From: Geosiphon pyriformis uo1
Taxonomy: Eukaryota > Fungi > Glomeromycota
Length of the DNA stretch: 64,000 nt
Assembly (NCBI GenBank): GCA_016748015.1
Contig: JAAOMT010000480.1
Location: 744,001-808,000, forward strand
Direction of reading: 5' to 3'
The notes beneath the pieces are model-generated. The model had not been told where the DNA came from. It was given only the letters and a program-made list of their open reading frames with translations, and ran no database searches. Shown piece after piece: positions 1 through 12,107 of the stretch; position 1 is the stretch's first letter; the number at the start of each line of letters is the position of its first letter. Made by a program: the position numbers and the translations under genes.

Positions 1-1335
1 CAAATGATCCAGCACAATCTTACAAAACGGGCGCTCCAACACACTTCTTATTGTATGACCTTTATTTACCTCAAAGCTTTCCATCCTCTTGTCTATCGCA
101 GATCTGATGCATGCTTCTTTAGTACTCTGAATTTCAATGAGCTTGGACTTTTGATAAGATTTCCTGGCACCAAAAAGAGCAGAACAAACACGACCAGATT
201 TCACACCAGAGTCCACCAGATCTTGAACGACCAAAGCCTTGACACTGTTCAGAGAAGCCCAGCACCTCATAAGAGAAGCAAAATCCACAACACACCCCAC
301 ACGAAAAGCCTTAATAATTTTTGAAACCAGAAGCTCCAACTTGTGGAACCTTGACGACTCTTTGGTAAAGACACCATCAAATTCTTTGAACCACTTTTTC
401 TTGAACACTTCATTAGCCGAAAGAATCATTATTCTGCGAACAACATCCCACATTGCGTCCAAATCCAAAAACCTCACAGAAACAGCAAACTCATCTGAGA
501 ACATTGTTGCATTAGCCAATGTGGTACACTTAAAATCGATCCATTTACTCTCATCAGCACCCTTGAAATCAAACTTCCATCTGTCTCTGTTTGCTTGCTT
601 GCGAAAAGAGCTCAATTGCGTATCCAGAAGCCCACCCAGACCCAAAGACACTGAGACAGCTTGATGATCCATGTCAAAGTGCTCACTGACACCCAAAACA
701 TTACAATGTACCATCACATTGACCAGATTCGGAGAGACAAACACGTAATCAATCGTTTTTTTGACACCCTTAGAGTTCTCCCAAGTGGGCATTTTCACAG
801 CTGGGCTCCCAACCAAAGAGTTAATCAATCCCAAATCAAGGCACTTCTTGAAACTCGCACACTTATGAGAGCCGTCTTCATTAAAATCGCCACTGAGGAT
901 AACAAAGGAGGACTCGTTAACAGCTTTTGCGATGATAGAGTTAATTTCACCTGTCTGAGAGAACCAGACCACCGAAGAAGCGCCAGCGTACAGTCCCAAA
1001 ATTGACACAGAGAGCCTGTTCTTGAAAAGTAACTTGATAGACAACAACTGACCCGGGACCTCAGACACTTTGCACACATGTCTCGCCAAAAAAAAGTTCA
1101 TAACCACTGCCACACCAGCACCCAGATACCCAGAATCCAAACCAGTAGTAAACACCCGAACCCCATCAAACTTGTTAATGATCCAGGGCCGAACCTTACC
1201 TTTTAACTTAGTTTCAGTAAAAATCGAAATTGAATTGTCCATGTCCTTATGCCAACGAACGACATCACCCTGCTTCACAGGGTTGTTCATTCCTCTAACA
1301 TTGCATGTAGCAACTCTCCATACTAATTCACTCAT
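1..1335 (-). CDS. LINE-a ORF2 N-terminus (APE endonuclease plus linker), partial, apparently open to the window edge
   Basis: ATG at 1335 gives MSELVWRVATCNVRGMNNPVKQGDVVRWHKDMDNSISIFTETKL. The same frame ends GHTIRSVLERPFCKIVLDHL at base 1, matching other copies. Its absence from the ORF track fits having no stop; only the ends were checked by hand. Confidence 0.88.
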   Translation of the reverse strand, partial: MSELVWRVATCNVRGMNNPVKQGDVVRWHKDMDNSISIFTETKLKGKVRPWIINKFDGVRVFTTGLDSGYLGAGVAVVMNFFLARHVCKVSEVPGQLLSIKLLFKNRLSVSILGLYAGASSVVWFSQTGEINSIIAKAVNESSFVILSGDFNEDGSHKCASFKKCLDLGLINSLVGSPAVKMPTWENSKGVKKTIDYVFVSPNLVNVMVHCNVLGVSEHFDMDHQAVSVSLGLGGLLDTQLSSFRKQANRDRWKFDFKGADESKWIDFKCTTLANATMFSDEFAVSVRFLDLDAMWDVVRRIMILSANEVFKKKWFKEFDGVFTKESSRFHKLELLVSKIIKAFRVGCVVDFASLMRCWASLNSVKALVVQDLVDSGVKSGRVCSALFGARKSYQKSKLIEIQSTKEACIRSAIDKRMESFEVNKGHTIRSVLERPFCKIVLDHL

Positions 1336-3123
1336 TGGGAGGGGAATTGGAAGTTCGCACCACCAGCCAAAGCCAGACTATCGAAACAAGCGGACAAGAT
1401 CAACACAGATTTGGAGAGGCCCTCCAACATATTTTCCAACTTGACAACATGGGGGAATATGGATGAGTCCACAATCGTGGCAGACTCATGGCCATTAGCC
1501 ATACTTAAGTCCATATCCAATGTCACATTACTTTCCGAATTCTGTGGCAGGGCGACCACCGGCAGCCGGCATCCGTGACCAGGCTGGGGAACCACCAGCA
1601 CAAGCAAATCTAACCTCTTGGCCAACCCATCAATTTGTTTTGCGAGACTGACAAGACCATCCTCGATACTGACCAGTCTTTTTTCCAGATCTTTTGCAAC
1701 AGGAGGGGTAGGTTTACCATCAACGACAGAACCAAAACTTGCCTTATCACCAAAGAGAGAGGGAGCACTAACCACCGATGCCCAAGTTTTACCACCAAAA
1801 GCCAAAGGACGAGAGATAGGTGCAGATCTCCTTGCATAAATTTTCGCCAATCTGGATTGGTCCTGAACCGAAAGGCGAGTCTTTCTGCCTCCTGCAATCC
1901 CAGCACCCTTGACTGTTCTGCAACCAAGAGAAGTATGACCAAATTTCTTACAAACCGCACATGAAGCTAAAGAAAGACGGGACCAACGAAGACCAAAGCT
2001 CTTTATAACTGGAGTCGTCGCCATTGCATTAACTAATTCCACTTCCGAGCTAAAACACACAGTGGCACAGTGGGCGCGAGAATAACTGACGGGATTGCGA
2101 TCAATAAAGCAGGTTTTCCCACCAATAGAACCAATAAAATTCCACAAATCATGAGCAGTGGTTCCCATAGGAAGAGTATATAGCAAAGCCTTAAAATTAT
2201 CTCTGGCATTTCACAATTGTTTGTTGATATCAGTCCTGGCCACCTGAATCGCATCCTTCCCAATGAGGATAGACCACTTAGAAGCCAGAAAATCAGCCTG
2301 GTCTTGATCTTCCAATTCGATGATCGCCTTTTGCCATAAACCCACCAGCTGCATTTTGATCGACTTAATGATACCAAATTTGGCTACAGCCGCACGCACA
2401 GTCTTCAAAGATGTTCTCACAGGAATTTCTTTCAGCACAATTGCCTGATTTGTACGATTGTTGACAGGGCGCTTGAGATCGGTGTTTACCACAACACCAC
2501 GGTCATTAGCCAGATTAGCTGCAGTCATCATTGCTTCTTCAGAAGTGAAAGTAGCCCGAATGATTCCACCAAATTTTGAGGGGGTAGAGGCCCCCCCCAA
2601 AACCATTTACACCTGAAAAGATTTTTCTGACAAAATTGACTTTTTCCTGAGAGGATTTACCCACCACCGCCACCATATCTATATCCAAAGCGAAGAACTT
2701 GCGAACAGGCACCTGAACGGACGGCTTGACTGGAAAAGGAGGCGAGAAAAGAAGAGATTCATCCAACACATCACCATCCGCATTGACAGCATCAAAATCA
2801 ATCACACCCAATGGCTTCCCTAATACCTTTTTGGTTTTTACACGCAAACCTCTAGGTGTTTGATCAGGATCCCCTTCTGCAAAAGGACCACCATCACCAT
2901 AGTCCACACTGGTTTCTTCCACCAAGCATTCTTCCTCCATGTCAATACTCTCAGATTCTGTAGTGTTACCAGTCTCCGAACTCTATGAACAAATACCAGG
3001 AACTTCAGCAGCAGCCCTTCCGTTATCAACACCCTCTGCCAACACACCTCCCTTCCTCTTTTTCCTTGATGCAACCGCTTTAAAACCACCCTCAAAACCA
3101 GAAACTTTAGCAGTCTTTTTCAT
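1332..3123 (-). pseudogene. LINE-a ORF1 (RRM-like domains, CX2CX4HX4C knuckle, coiled-coil-like tail), disrupted
   Basis: ATG 3123 MKKTAKVSG. Track ORFs 2539-2940, 2211-2606 and 1332-2186 join via two TGG-derived stops and a frameshift in the C8 run near 2591-2598. Knuckle CAVCKKFGHTSLGC. Confidence 0.88.
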
Positions 3124-3267
3124 AACAGCGATAACAGAGCCAACAGTAGCTTTGTAATCGAAAAACAGTTTTGATTTATCGTACTGAATGGTAAAAAACT
3201 TCTTTCAAAAAAACTCTTGACTCTTTTTTGGGAATTTTGGACAAAGAAGAGAAAAAAGTTTTTTTTT

Positions 3268-4156
3268 ATTTTTAATTTGTTTACATATAAAATTAAGTTA
3301 AAAATTAAAAAAACTTTTTAAATTAATATTTATAAAAATAACAAAATAATTAGTATTAAAGAACTCATTTAGTTAATAAATAAATTAGTTAAATACCAAA
3401 TTATAAAAACTATTACTTATTAAAACAAAATTAATATACTTTAAAAAATTTTTAAAATTAAATTACATAAGATTTTTGCTAAAAAAAACTACCAAAAAAG
3501 TCAAATAAACTTAAATTCATAAATTTTTTGAAATTTACACAACAATTAAAATTATTTTTATTAAAATTTTTTTCTAAAATCACAGATATATTATTATTTA
3601 AAATTACACTACTATTAAATTAATAATATAAGTTTAAACTAATTTTTTTTTAAAATAATATTAGTATACAAACCAAAAATTATAATTAAAAAATAATTTC
3701 TAAACAATAAACATATTGACAAAAAATGACTAATTATCTTTAAAACTTTATAAATATTTTTGGTTAAATTATTATTTATAATAATAATAATGCTAAAACT
3801 CAAGTAATTAAAATTAATATTTAAAATAAAATTTTTAATTTTATTAAATTTGTTTATAATCTATAACTTAATTTTATTTTTTAACTTTATTTCTAAAATT
3901 ATTAAGACTAAATTGTTTATTTTTTTGTATCAATAAATTTAACAAAATTGCTTATTTTTTGCATATTATATATAGTAATCTTTTAAATAAAATTGATTAT
4001 TAAGAAACTAAAAAATTATTTATATTGTTTAAAATATTTATTTTTATAGTTAATGTTTTAATAACTAATATATTAATTAATTAAAACAAAATTCAAAAAA
4101 TTATAAAAAAAGTTAACAAAAATAAGTTTAATTTATTAAAAATAACAAAAACTTTA
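3268..4156 (-). mobile_element. Fossil LINE R1, piece 3: ORF1 end and APE domain, extremely AT-converted
   Basis: Minus strand reads INFI*KITIYNMQKISNFVK..Y*YKKINNLVLIILEIKLKNKIKL*IINKFNKI..GLYT..EFFNTNY, colinear with SELVWRVATCNVRGMNNPVK..RWHKDMDNSISIFTETKLKGKVRPWIINKFDGV of LINE-a. Junction TCTTAATAA at ~3997-4005. Confidence 0.85.
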
Positions 4157-4290
4157 TTAGTCAAAAACTTTCTTGTCAATCTCCTGACCACAATGAGAGT
4201 GAAAGATAATTTTAAAGAAATTGTTTTTCTTTTTCCCTCTTCCCTCTATTCCTGTTAACTATTTCTTTTAACTTATCTTTATTTGTTGCA

Positions 4291-6234
4291 ATGGAACTGG
4301 CAGGATTGTCTGCTGGTAGTTCTGGTTTGAGTTTGGCTGGTTTGGGGACCTGCCAGAGTGTTAAAAAAAAGCATGTTGACACGGTCTACTTCTGTGGTGT
4401 GTTCTACAAGAAGCCTAAAAAGCCTGCAGCTGGTATTTTGGTTGAGTCGTCTACTGGTCCTCTATGTTTAGAAGATTTAGATAGTAACAATGGTAGGCCA
4501 GCAGCATTCTGGGGAAACAGAGTGGGTAATGTTTCTGGCAGTATAAGTGGTCTTTTAGATGTCGAAAGTTTGGAGAATTTGGTTGCCGAAGAGACAAGCT
4601 ATGTTGATTCAGGTAAGAACAACGAAATGAATGAAACTATGCTGCAAAGGACTCGCACCCAGACATATGTGTTAGAACAACCTCTCAGGGCGCCTCTATT
4701 TGCTACTGTGAATGATGACAACAATGATTCCGTGTTGCCACCACCTAAAATCAGTGGGTCTAATCAGCTGCCATCTTCTAAATTACGTGTTCTCAAGAGT
4801 TGTAGTTTTGGACCAGTAAAATTGTTTGCTCTGGATGTGAATTTGTCAGCTGTTCTTGGCAGAACTAATAGTGATAAGCTCATTTCAATCAAAAAATTTT
4901 TTTACAAAATTGATGGTTTTGGGGAAGCTTCAACTTCCTTGAAATTTCCTGGTGTTATTCGTTCAACTTTCACAAATGAGTCTAGTCTGATTAGAGCCAG
5001 AGAGTTTGCAGTCTGTGAGAAAATTGTTGTCAATGGTGATCTCAAAAAAGCAAACATTTGTTTGAATCAGGAAGTGATTGTTAAGGAGATTCCATTTGAT
5101 CTTTCAAAGTTGGCTGTAGAATCAGTTTTTTCTAAATTTGGCAAGATTGTTTCTATCAGGATGCAATTGATTGGTCTTTGGCAAAAGGCCCTAATTGAAT
5201 TTGAGTCATCAGAAGTTGCCAGTTTGGTCGCTTCCAAGTGGTCTGTTCTTGTGGGAAAAGATTCGGTTCATGTAACACTGGTTGTCAATGATAAGCAAAC
5301 GTGAGTGTCAAAAAATCATCATCAGGCTTTGCTTTATACTCTTCCAGTTGGTACTTTAGCCTATGATCTGTCAGATTTGTTGGTATTATATGGTGGGAAA
5401 ACTTGTTTCATTGGCTGCAATCTTGGTTTATATGTTTGCAATTAGTGTGCAATCATTTGCTTTGAGAATAAGGATGCCAGATTGGCTGCTGTTAGTACTG
5501 TTCTAATTTTTAGGGGTGTTAGTTTGCATTGGGCTTGCCTTGTTTTGGCTAGCTGTACTAAGTATGAACAGTTTGGTCATACCAATGCCAACTGTCTTGT
5601 GGGTAGAAGTTTTGGTGTTTGTGCGAAGAGGATGGTTTCTGATCAGGATCAGATTTGTCTGGCTGGTATATATAAGAAGAAGTCAGCTTTTATTGCTCAT
5701 CCAGTTTTGTTTGGTGGCAAAACATGGGTCCAAGTTGCTAGTGGCACTTCTTTCCATGTGTCTCTTTTTGGTTCTCCTGGTTCTGGTTTGTGTTCTGGTC
5801 CGGTTCCTCCTTCAGTGGTCTCTAGTCATCTTGTTGTTTCCTGTTTGAGTGGTTATTTGGCGGTTTTGGAACACTCTTTGGAGCTTTTGGCTGACCGTGT
5901 TTCTGGCATTCTGGTTAGATTGGATTCTTTTGGTGTGGTTTTTTTGGTTCCTTCTTTCTTGGCTCCCTCTCCTGTTGTTTCTGCAGCTTTGAATTCTGAA
6001 GTGGATTCAAATATGATTGTGGACAATGCTTTGAGTTTTTCTGATACTACTCCTTCCATCACTGTTGATGCTGTTGTCGACCTCAGCATTAGTAGTTCCA
6101 AGGTTTTTACTGCCAAGATGGGCAGTTTGGAGACAAAATTGGTTGCTTTGGAGGCTTCAGTTGGTTTGGTTTTGGATAAGTTGAATCTTCTGTGCTCTGG
6201 TTTGGGTCTGTCAGCTCCCATGTCATCTCAATGA
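4291..6234 (+). pseudogene. LINE-b ORF1 with in-frame stops
   Basis: KEIP..SVFSKFGKIVSIRMQLIGLWQKALIEF (RRM-like), decayed knuckle CTKYEQFGHTNANC, FGGKTW motif. Confidence 0.9.
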
Positions 6235-9200
6235 CTCACTTAATTTGGAAGATTGCCACATGCAATGTCAGAGGTATGAACAATTGTGCAAAGCAGGCAG
6301 ACATTGTTTGTTGGCATAAAGATATGAACAATATGGTTTCTATTGTCACTGAAACAAAGTTGAAGAGAAAGATTCGCTCTTGGATTGCTGATAAGTTTGA
6401 TAGTGTTTGTGTTTTTACTTCTGAACTGGATTTTGGCCACATGGAATCTGGTGTTGCAATCATTTTGGACTCTTCTTTGGTAAGACATGTGTGTAAAGTT
6501 TCAGAGGTGTCTGGTTGGCTTCTGTTGGTTAGGTTGTTTTTTAAAAACAAATTCTCTGTGTCTATTCTGGGGCTGTATGCTGGTGCGTCTTCAGCAGTTT
6601 GCTTTTCTCAGGCTGGCGAGGTTAACTCTCTTATTGCTAAGACTGTGAATGAATCCTTCTTTGTTATTCTTGGTGGTAATTTTAATGAAGATGGTTCTCA
6701 CAAGTGTGCAAGTTTCAAGAAATGTTTTGATTTGGGTTTGATTAACTCTTTGGGAGGGAGCTCTTTTGTGAAGTTACCTACTTGGTGCAATTCTTGTGGT
6801 ATCATTAAAACAATTAACTATATGTTTGTTTCTTCTAATTTGGTTGGTGTGGTAGTGGATTGTGGTATGGATGGTGTAGAGGACTATTTTGATACTGATC
6901 ACAAGGCAGTTCATGTTTCTGTGGAACTGAGTGGTCTGCTCAATGTCCAGTTAAACTTACTGCACAAACAAACAAATAGAGATTGTTGGAAGTATGATAT
7001 CAAAAATGCTGGTGAGATTAAGTGGTCAGAATTTAGGGATGCTATGGCTGCTAATGCTGTTATGTTCTCGAATGAGTTTGTTGCAGCTAAGTGGTTTTTT
7101 AATCTGAATGTGATGTAGAACATTGTTCGTAAAATTATGATTCTTTTGGCTGGTGAAACATTCAAGAAAAAATGGTTTAAGGGTTTTAATTGTGTTTTTA
7201 ATAAGGTGTCTTTCCGGTTTCATAAACTGGAGCTACTTGTGTTTAAATTGGTGAAGGCTTCTTAATTGGTTTTTGGCAGGAATTTTGCCTTGTTGTTGGA
7301 TATTTGGAACAGGCTTGATTCTGTGAGCACTTTGCCTGTGAGATCTCTGTTTCTTTTTGATGCTGGTTTTGATGTAATTTGTTCTGAGCTGGCTAAGGTA
7401 AGGAAGTTTTATCGCTCTTCTAAGTTGTTAGAATTTAAGCGTACTGAAGAATCTCGTATAAGACAGACTATTGAGAGGAGAATGGAGAGTTTTGAAGTGG
7501 ATAAGGGTCACACCATTAGAAGTGTTTTGGAGCATCTTTTTTGTAAAGTGGTGTTGGATCATTTGGTGGATAGTGGGGAGTTGGTTTTGGAGCCTGAATT
7601 GATTAAATCTAAGGTAGATAGAATCATGGAAAGTTGGACTAGAAAACATGTAGTGGCTTCTAATATCTCTGGTTATTGGGCAAGACAATTTCGGCCTTTG
7701 AATTATGTCCTCAATGGTGCCTTCTTTGATGTGATGCATTCAATTGGTTTTGATGAAATGTTTGGTGTTATTTCAAATTTGCCTAATGGGAAAGCAGCTG
7801 GTTTTTCTGGTATCACTAATGAACTTTGGAAACACTGTGACAAGTCAGTTTTGGATATGCTTTTGGTGCTCTTAAATTTTTGTTTGGATTGTGAGTCAGT
7901 GCCTGGATCTTGGAGGGAAGCCTGGGTCTCAATGATACCTAAACCTTATAAGTGGGAGGGGGTTCTTACTAATACCTGCCCCATTGCTTTAATTGAGACA
8001 GCTCACAAGATTCTTTCCAAGATTCTTTTGGATCGGATCTTTCTGGCTTGTAGCACTTTTGATGTCCTCCGTGGGGACAATTTCTCTGTCTTGAAAGGTA
8101 CGTCTACTCAATTGCCTATTTTTGCTATTAGTTCGGTAATTGAAGATGCTTTGGAAAAAAACCGAGAGTTGTGGCTGGTTTTACAGGATATGCACAAAGC
8201 TTATAATTCTGTTGGTTGGGAGCATCTCAAGAGGAGTTTGATCAGGATCAAAATGTGTGACAGATTTATCAGATTTTTTGGTAGCATTCATAATGATTGC
8301 ACTAACAGAATAATAACAGATTTTAGTTTGACTAATGGATATCATGTTTACGATAGATTGGATCAGAGGGAAGTTTTTTTGCCACTTCTCTGGCACATAT
8401 TTTATGACTCACTTTTGTGTAAGATTAAGAGACAGAAGAGCATTTGTGGTTAAAGGTTGATTTCTTATTTCATTTCTAAAACTGGCTGGGTGGAATCTCA
8501 AGCTGGGCTGATGTTGTTTCTGGCCGCTGGTGTTTTGTTGATGATACTATCTGGGTCAGTAGCAGCCAGGCTGCTACACAACACATCCTCAATGTTGCTA
8601 GTAATTTCTTTCATTTAAATGACATTTTGATAAACAATGACAAGACTGTGGCCATTTCTATCAATTGTCAGGTCACTGCTCCTTATCTAACTATCAGTGG
8701 TCTGCCAATTTCCGTCACTAAAAGAGGTGAACTTCATCATTATCTGGGGATTTTTTTATCTTCTGAAGGTCTTTCAAAACCTAGCTTGGTTAAGGTGCAC
8801 TCGGATGTTCAGGTTTTCACCAGTCTCATTCTAAGAAAAGTTATTTTGGATAAACAGTTTGCTTATTTGGTGTCTTCAATTCTCTTTCCTATCATTAGTT
8901 ATAGAACTCAGTTCAGTTTTATTCCTCTCAGTGTGTGTAATAAATGGGATGCTTTGATTTGCAAGGGCCTGAAATTCAAATTTGGGCTGCCTCTGGACTT
9001 TCCCAATGATGCACTTCATCATCTTTCCTTGTACAATTTAAAAACTTTTGAGCAGATTCAGGCTGAAAGCAAGTCGGCTTTTGTTATTGCTTTTGCAAAT
9101 TCGGTTGGTGTTTTGGGTTGCTTGTTTTTTTATAGGTCTCACAATCTCCAGGTTTTCAGCTGGCATCCTCGTCATTCTTTGTTGTTTCCTGTTTGTGTTA

Positions 9201-10918
9201 GAGTCAGCCCTTTAAACAACTTTTTGGCGGGTGTAATTTGTATTTTTTCTGGGTGTAATTTATCTTTGGGTGGCTTTCTAGCTGGTGCTTTTTATCTTCG
9301 AAGCAGTACTTCTATGTTTCTAGTTCTCAGCAAGACAATTTTTTTCAAATGTGTCTCTTCCCTCAAACATTATGGTATTGCTTTCATAGAACAGCTTTGT
9401 GACCGGAATAATGTTGTTTTTAATTGGAAGACTTTCAAGCATTGGAAAAGACTAGACCCCTGTGGCCTGGTCCCCTTTTAGTTTAGTCTCTCTGTTCATT
9501 TTCTTGGTGGTGTTGCTTCTTCTTCTGGTTGTTCTCCTCATGAGGGTGTTTGTGGCTCTTCTGACATCTATCAGTCTCTTGGTTTTGGTGTTGTTTGTAA
9601 TAATCTGTTGAATGTTGGTGTTGCCTGTCTCTCTGTGTACACAGATGAATCTCTGAGTAACTTGGGCACTGTTGACATACTGGCTGGTACTGCAGTTTTT
9701 TTTGAGAACATTGATTTGGGTCTAGGTGTGGGGGTTTCTGGTTTGGTTTCTTCTACTTTGGCAGAGTTACAGGCCATTGCTTTAGCTCTTGAGTGTGTTC
9801 CTTCTTCCCATTTGGTCGACTTGTTCTCGGACAGCCAGGCAGCTTTGGATGTGTGTAAATCTAAGTCTTTGATGATTTGTCCAGATTTCAAAAATTGGTG
9901 CTGAATCAAACGGCACCACATTGCTAATATTATTTGTCAAAAAAATTTGGATGTAAACTAAATCAAAGTAAGAGGTCATTTGGGTGTTTTGGGCAATGAG
10001 CATGCTGATGCATTTGCTAAGAATGCCACTTTCTCTTCTTGGCAGCTGCCCTATTTGATTAGCAAATGTTTTTTGAGAGCTGGTGGTGCTGTGGTTTCTG
10101 GTAATTCTAGGCATTTCATTCGTGATGTTTTCCAGTTTGTTCATCGAGCATGTTGGGAGGTTGGTTCCAGCTCAAAAGTTGTGGCAGATAGTTTGCATGG
10201 TGATATTGATTGGTCCAGGTCCTCTTTGGTATAGCACCTAGATTCTCACATGGCGACTGGTTTTATTAGTATTTGGACAGCTGGCTTTCATACATATTTC
10301 ATAAAGGCTCTTCATCATCACTTTCCTGTTGCTGTGCAAAAGCATCTGTATGATAGGGGTTATTCCAGTGTAGTTTGTTTGTTTTGTGGTAAGATTAAAG
10401 TCTCAGACCATGTTTTTTCTTGCTCTTTTGACACTGGAAGTTGCACCGGTTTGTTGGACACTTATGCAGCTGCCTGGGAGGTGCATTCTGGTCTGTCTCA
10501 TTCTTTTTCGTGCATATCACAATTGTTGTCAACATGCATTTCAGATGTGACTGTCAATACAACCCTGTGTAAGGGCTTTGTTTTCAGCGATTGGTATCAC
10601 GAGTCTGTTTCTGTTTACAAGGATCCTAAGATGGCAGTAGTTAATGTTGTGAATTTTGTATGTGAATTTTGTCTTGCATTTTGTGATAATATCTGGCTGG
10701 TCCGTGCAAAACACTGGGTCATTATGAAGAAGAATAAGCTAATTCCACATAATGGTTCTATTCCTGTTGATGTTTTTGGTTTTTCTATGTGGCTTTTGGC
10801 TGGGGTGATTAGGTTGTTGGGTGTTGCTGATGCATTTGACATCAGTCTTAGATATCGTAAGCATTGTTTGTTTTATGCAGATGTTGGTAATATGGCTTCT
10901 GTTCATATAAGTGCATAG
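6231..10918 (+). pseudogene. LINE-b ORF2: APE, RT, RNase H, C-terminal CCHC; multiple stops and a frameshift
   Basis: APE TCNVRG/TETK/GGNFN/DTDH; RT PIALIE, LQDMHKAYNSV, FVDD at 8534-8545; RNase H VYTD..AELQAI..SDSQAAL..GH.G..GNEHADA; CLFCG..SDHVFSC. Confidence 0.93.
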
Positions 10919-11061
10919 TGTTGTTCTGACTAGTCTGAGTGTCTGGTCACATGTAGCAAAGGCATAATTCGCACCTAGTTTAAATCATTTGTATGATGTA
11001 TAGCATTAGATGGCGTTTAAATTTCACTCATTAAAATAAAAAATAAAAAAAATAAAAAAAA

Positions 11062-11248
11062 AAAAACTTTAAAAAACAGTTAAAAACATTTAATTAAACA
11101 GCCAAAAAAATGATAAGCAATAAATGTAAAAAGAATACTAAATTAAAAAAAACAAATTCATAAAACAATAAATTATTAAAAGCATCAAAACTACTATAAC
11201 CAACTATTTAAATCCAAAATAAACTATTAAAAGACATTAAATAAACAA
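11062..11248 (-). mobile_element. Fossil LINE R1, piece 2 (ORF1 C-terminal part)
   Basis: Minus strand VYLMSFNSLFWI*IV matches the PVSFGGKTWAQVA motif; bounded by the TSDs of LINE-b and LINE-c. Confidence 0.7.
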
Positions 11249-12107
11249 AAAAACTTCTTTCTTTCTTTTGTCCAAATTCCCCAAAGAGCAATTTTTTGAA
11301 AAAAAAGTTTTTTGTTTTTTTATTTTACTTGTTTTATTACTTTCAACATTTCTTAAGCTAATAACACTTTTGTGATAAACCTGAAAACTGCTTCGAATAG
11401 TAGTATGTCTAAAAAAAAGGCTCCAAAAGATGTTTTTTATGGTTCTGTTGATAGTACTTTTTTTCAAAAAAAGAAAGTTTCTGTTGACAATATTAAGCAC
11501 TTTGTCAATGAAAGAAAAATTTCTTTAACCAAACCTGATGTTAATAATAACATATATTCAGATATAAACAGTAAGTTTAGTAACAATAAGCTTAGTAATA
11601 TTGCAATGGGTTCAGGTAGTGGTTCTTTTCTTGGTTTGATTGCAACAACTTTCAAAGCTAAGAAAGTCAATGATAATTTGATTAGTGGTTTTCCTGTTGG
11701 TACTATTGACTTTGGAATAAATGAAAATATGATTCATTTTTTCTCTCTTCTTAATATCTCTCTTAACAAAAGATGAATTGATCTCAAAGTAGTAAAAACT
11801 CAGATTGAAATACCCATTAAGAAATTTTTTGCTTTGGATATTAATTTTTCAGCAGTAAAAAAAAAATCAGTAATGGCAAAAACTTTGTTTGTTAGAAAAA
11901 TTTTTTCAGTTGTTAATGGTTTTGGAGGGGCCACTACCTTCTTAAAATTTAAAAAAATCATTTGATCTACTTTCACTTTAGAAAAAAGCATAGAAATGGC
12001 CACTTTATTGGCCAAAAAGAAGGGGATTGACATAAACAGTAATCTTAGAAGACAAAGAATGAGGTCAAATTGGGCTGTAGTAATCAAAAAAATTCCCATA
12101 AACACAC

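Larger units (their letters stand above)
1..3267 (-). mobile_element. LINE-a: non-LTR retrotransposon, 5' portion (runs off the left edge); least-decayed LINE copy
   Basis: 5' end motif TCTTCTTTGTCCAAAATTCCC shared with LINE-c/f; ORF1 then ORF2 (APE) joined by ATGA; many CpGs retained. Confidence 0.92.
4157..11061 (+). mobile_element. LINE-b: full-length non-LTR retrotransposon, degenerate
   Basis: ORF1, ORF2, conserved 3'UTR, A-rich tail ~11033-11066; 10-bp TSD AAAAACTTTA at 4147-4156 and 11062-11071. Confidence 0.93.

Noticed and set aside
4-3157. Plus-strand ORFs over LINE-a, and similar antisense ORFs over other elements
   Set aside because: Shadow frames of TE coding sequence; no motifs and not conserved between copies
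3123-4291. Head-to-head LINE pairs (a/b, f/g) sharing a bidirectional promoter
   Set aside because: Intervening DNA is fossil LINE coding sequence, and b and g have their own TSDs, so the insertions are independent
6231-10918. Alternative genetic code or stop read-through (TGA/TAG at Trp positions)
   Set aside because: Stops differ between copies, involve all three codons and follow transition mutation; SLX1 reads normally
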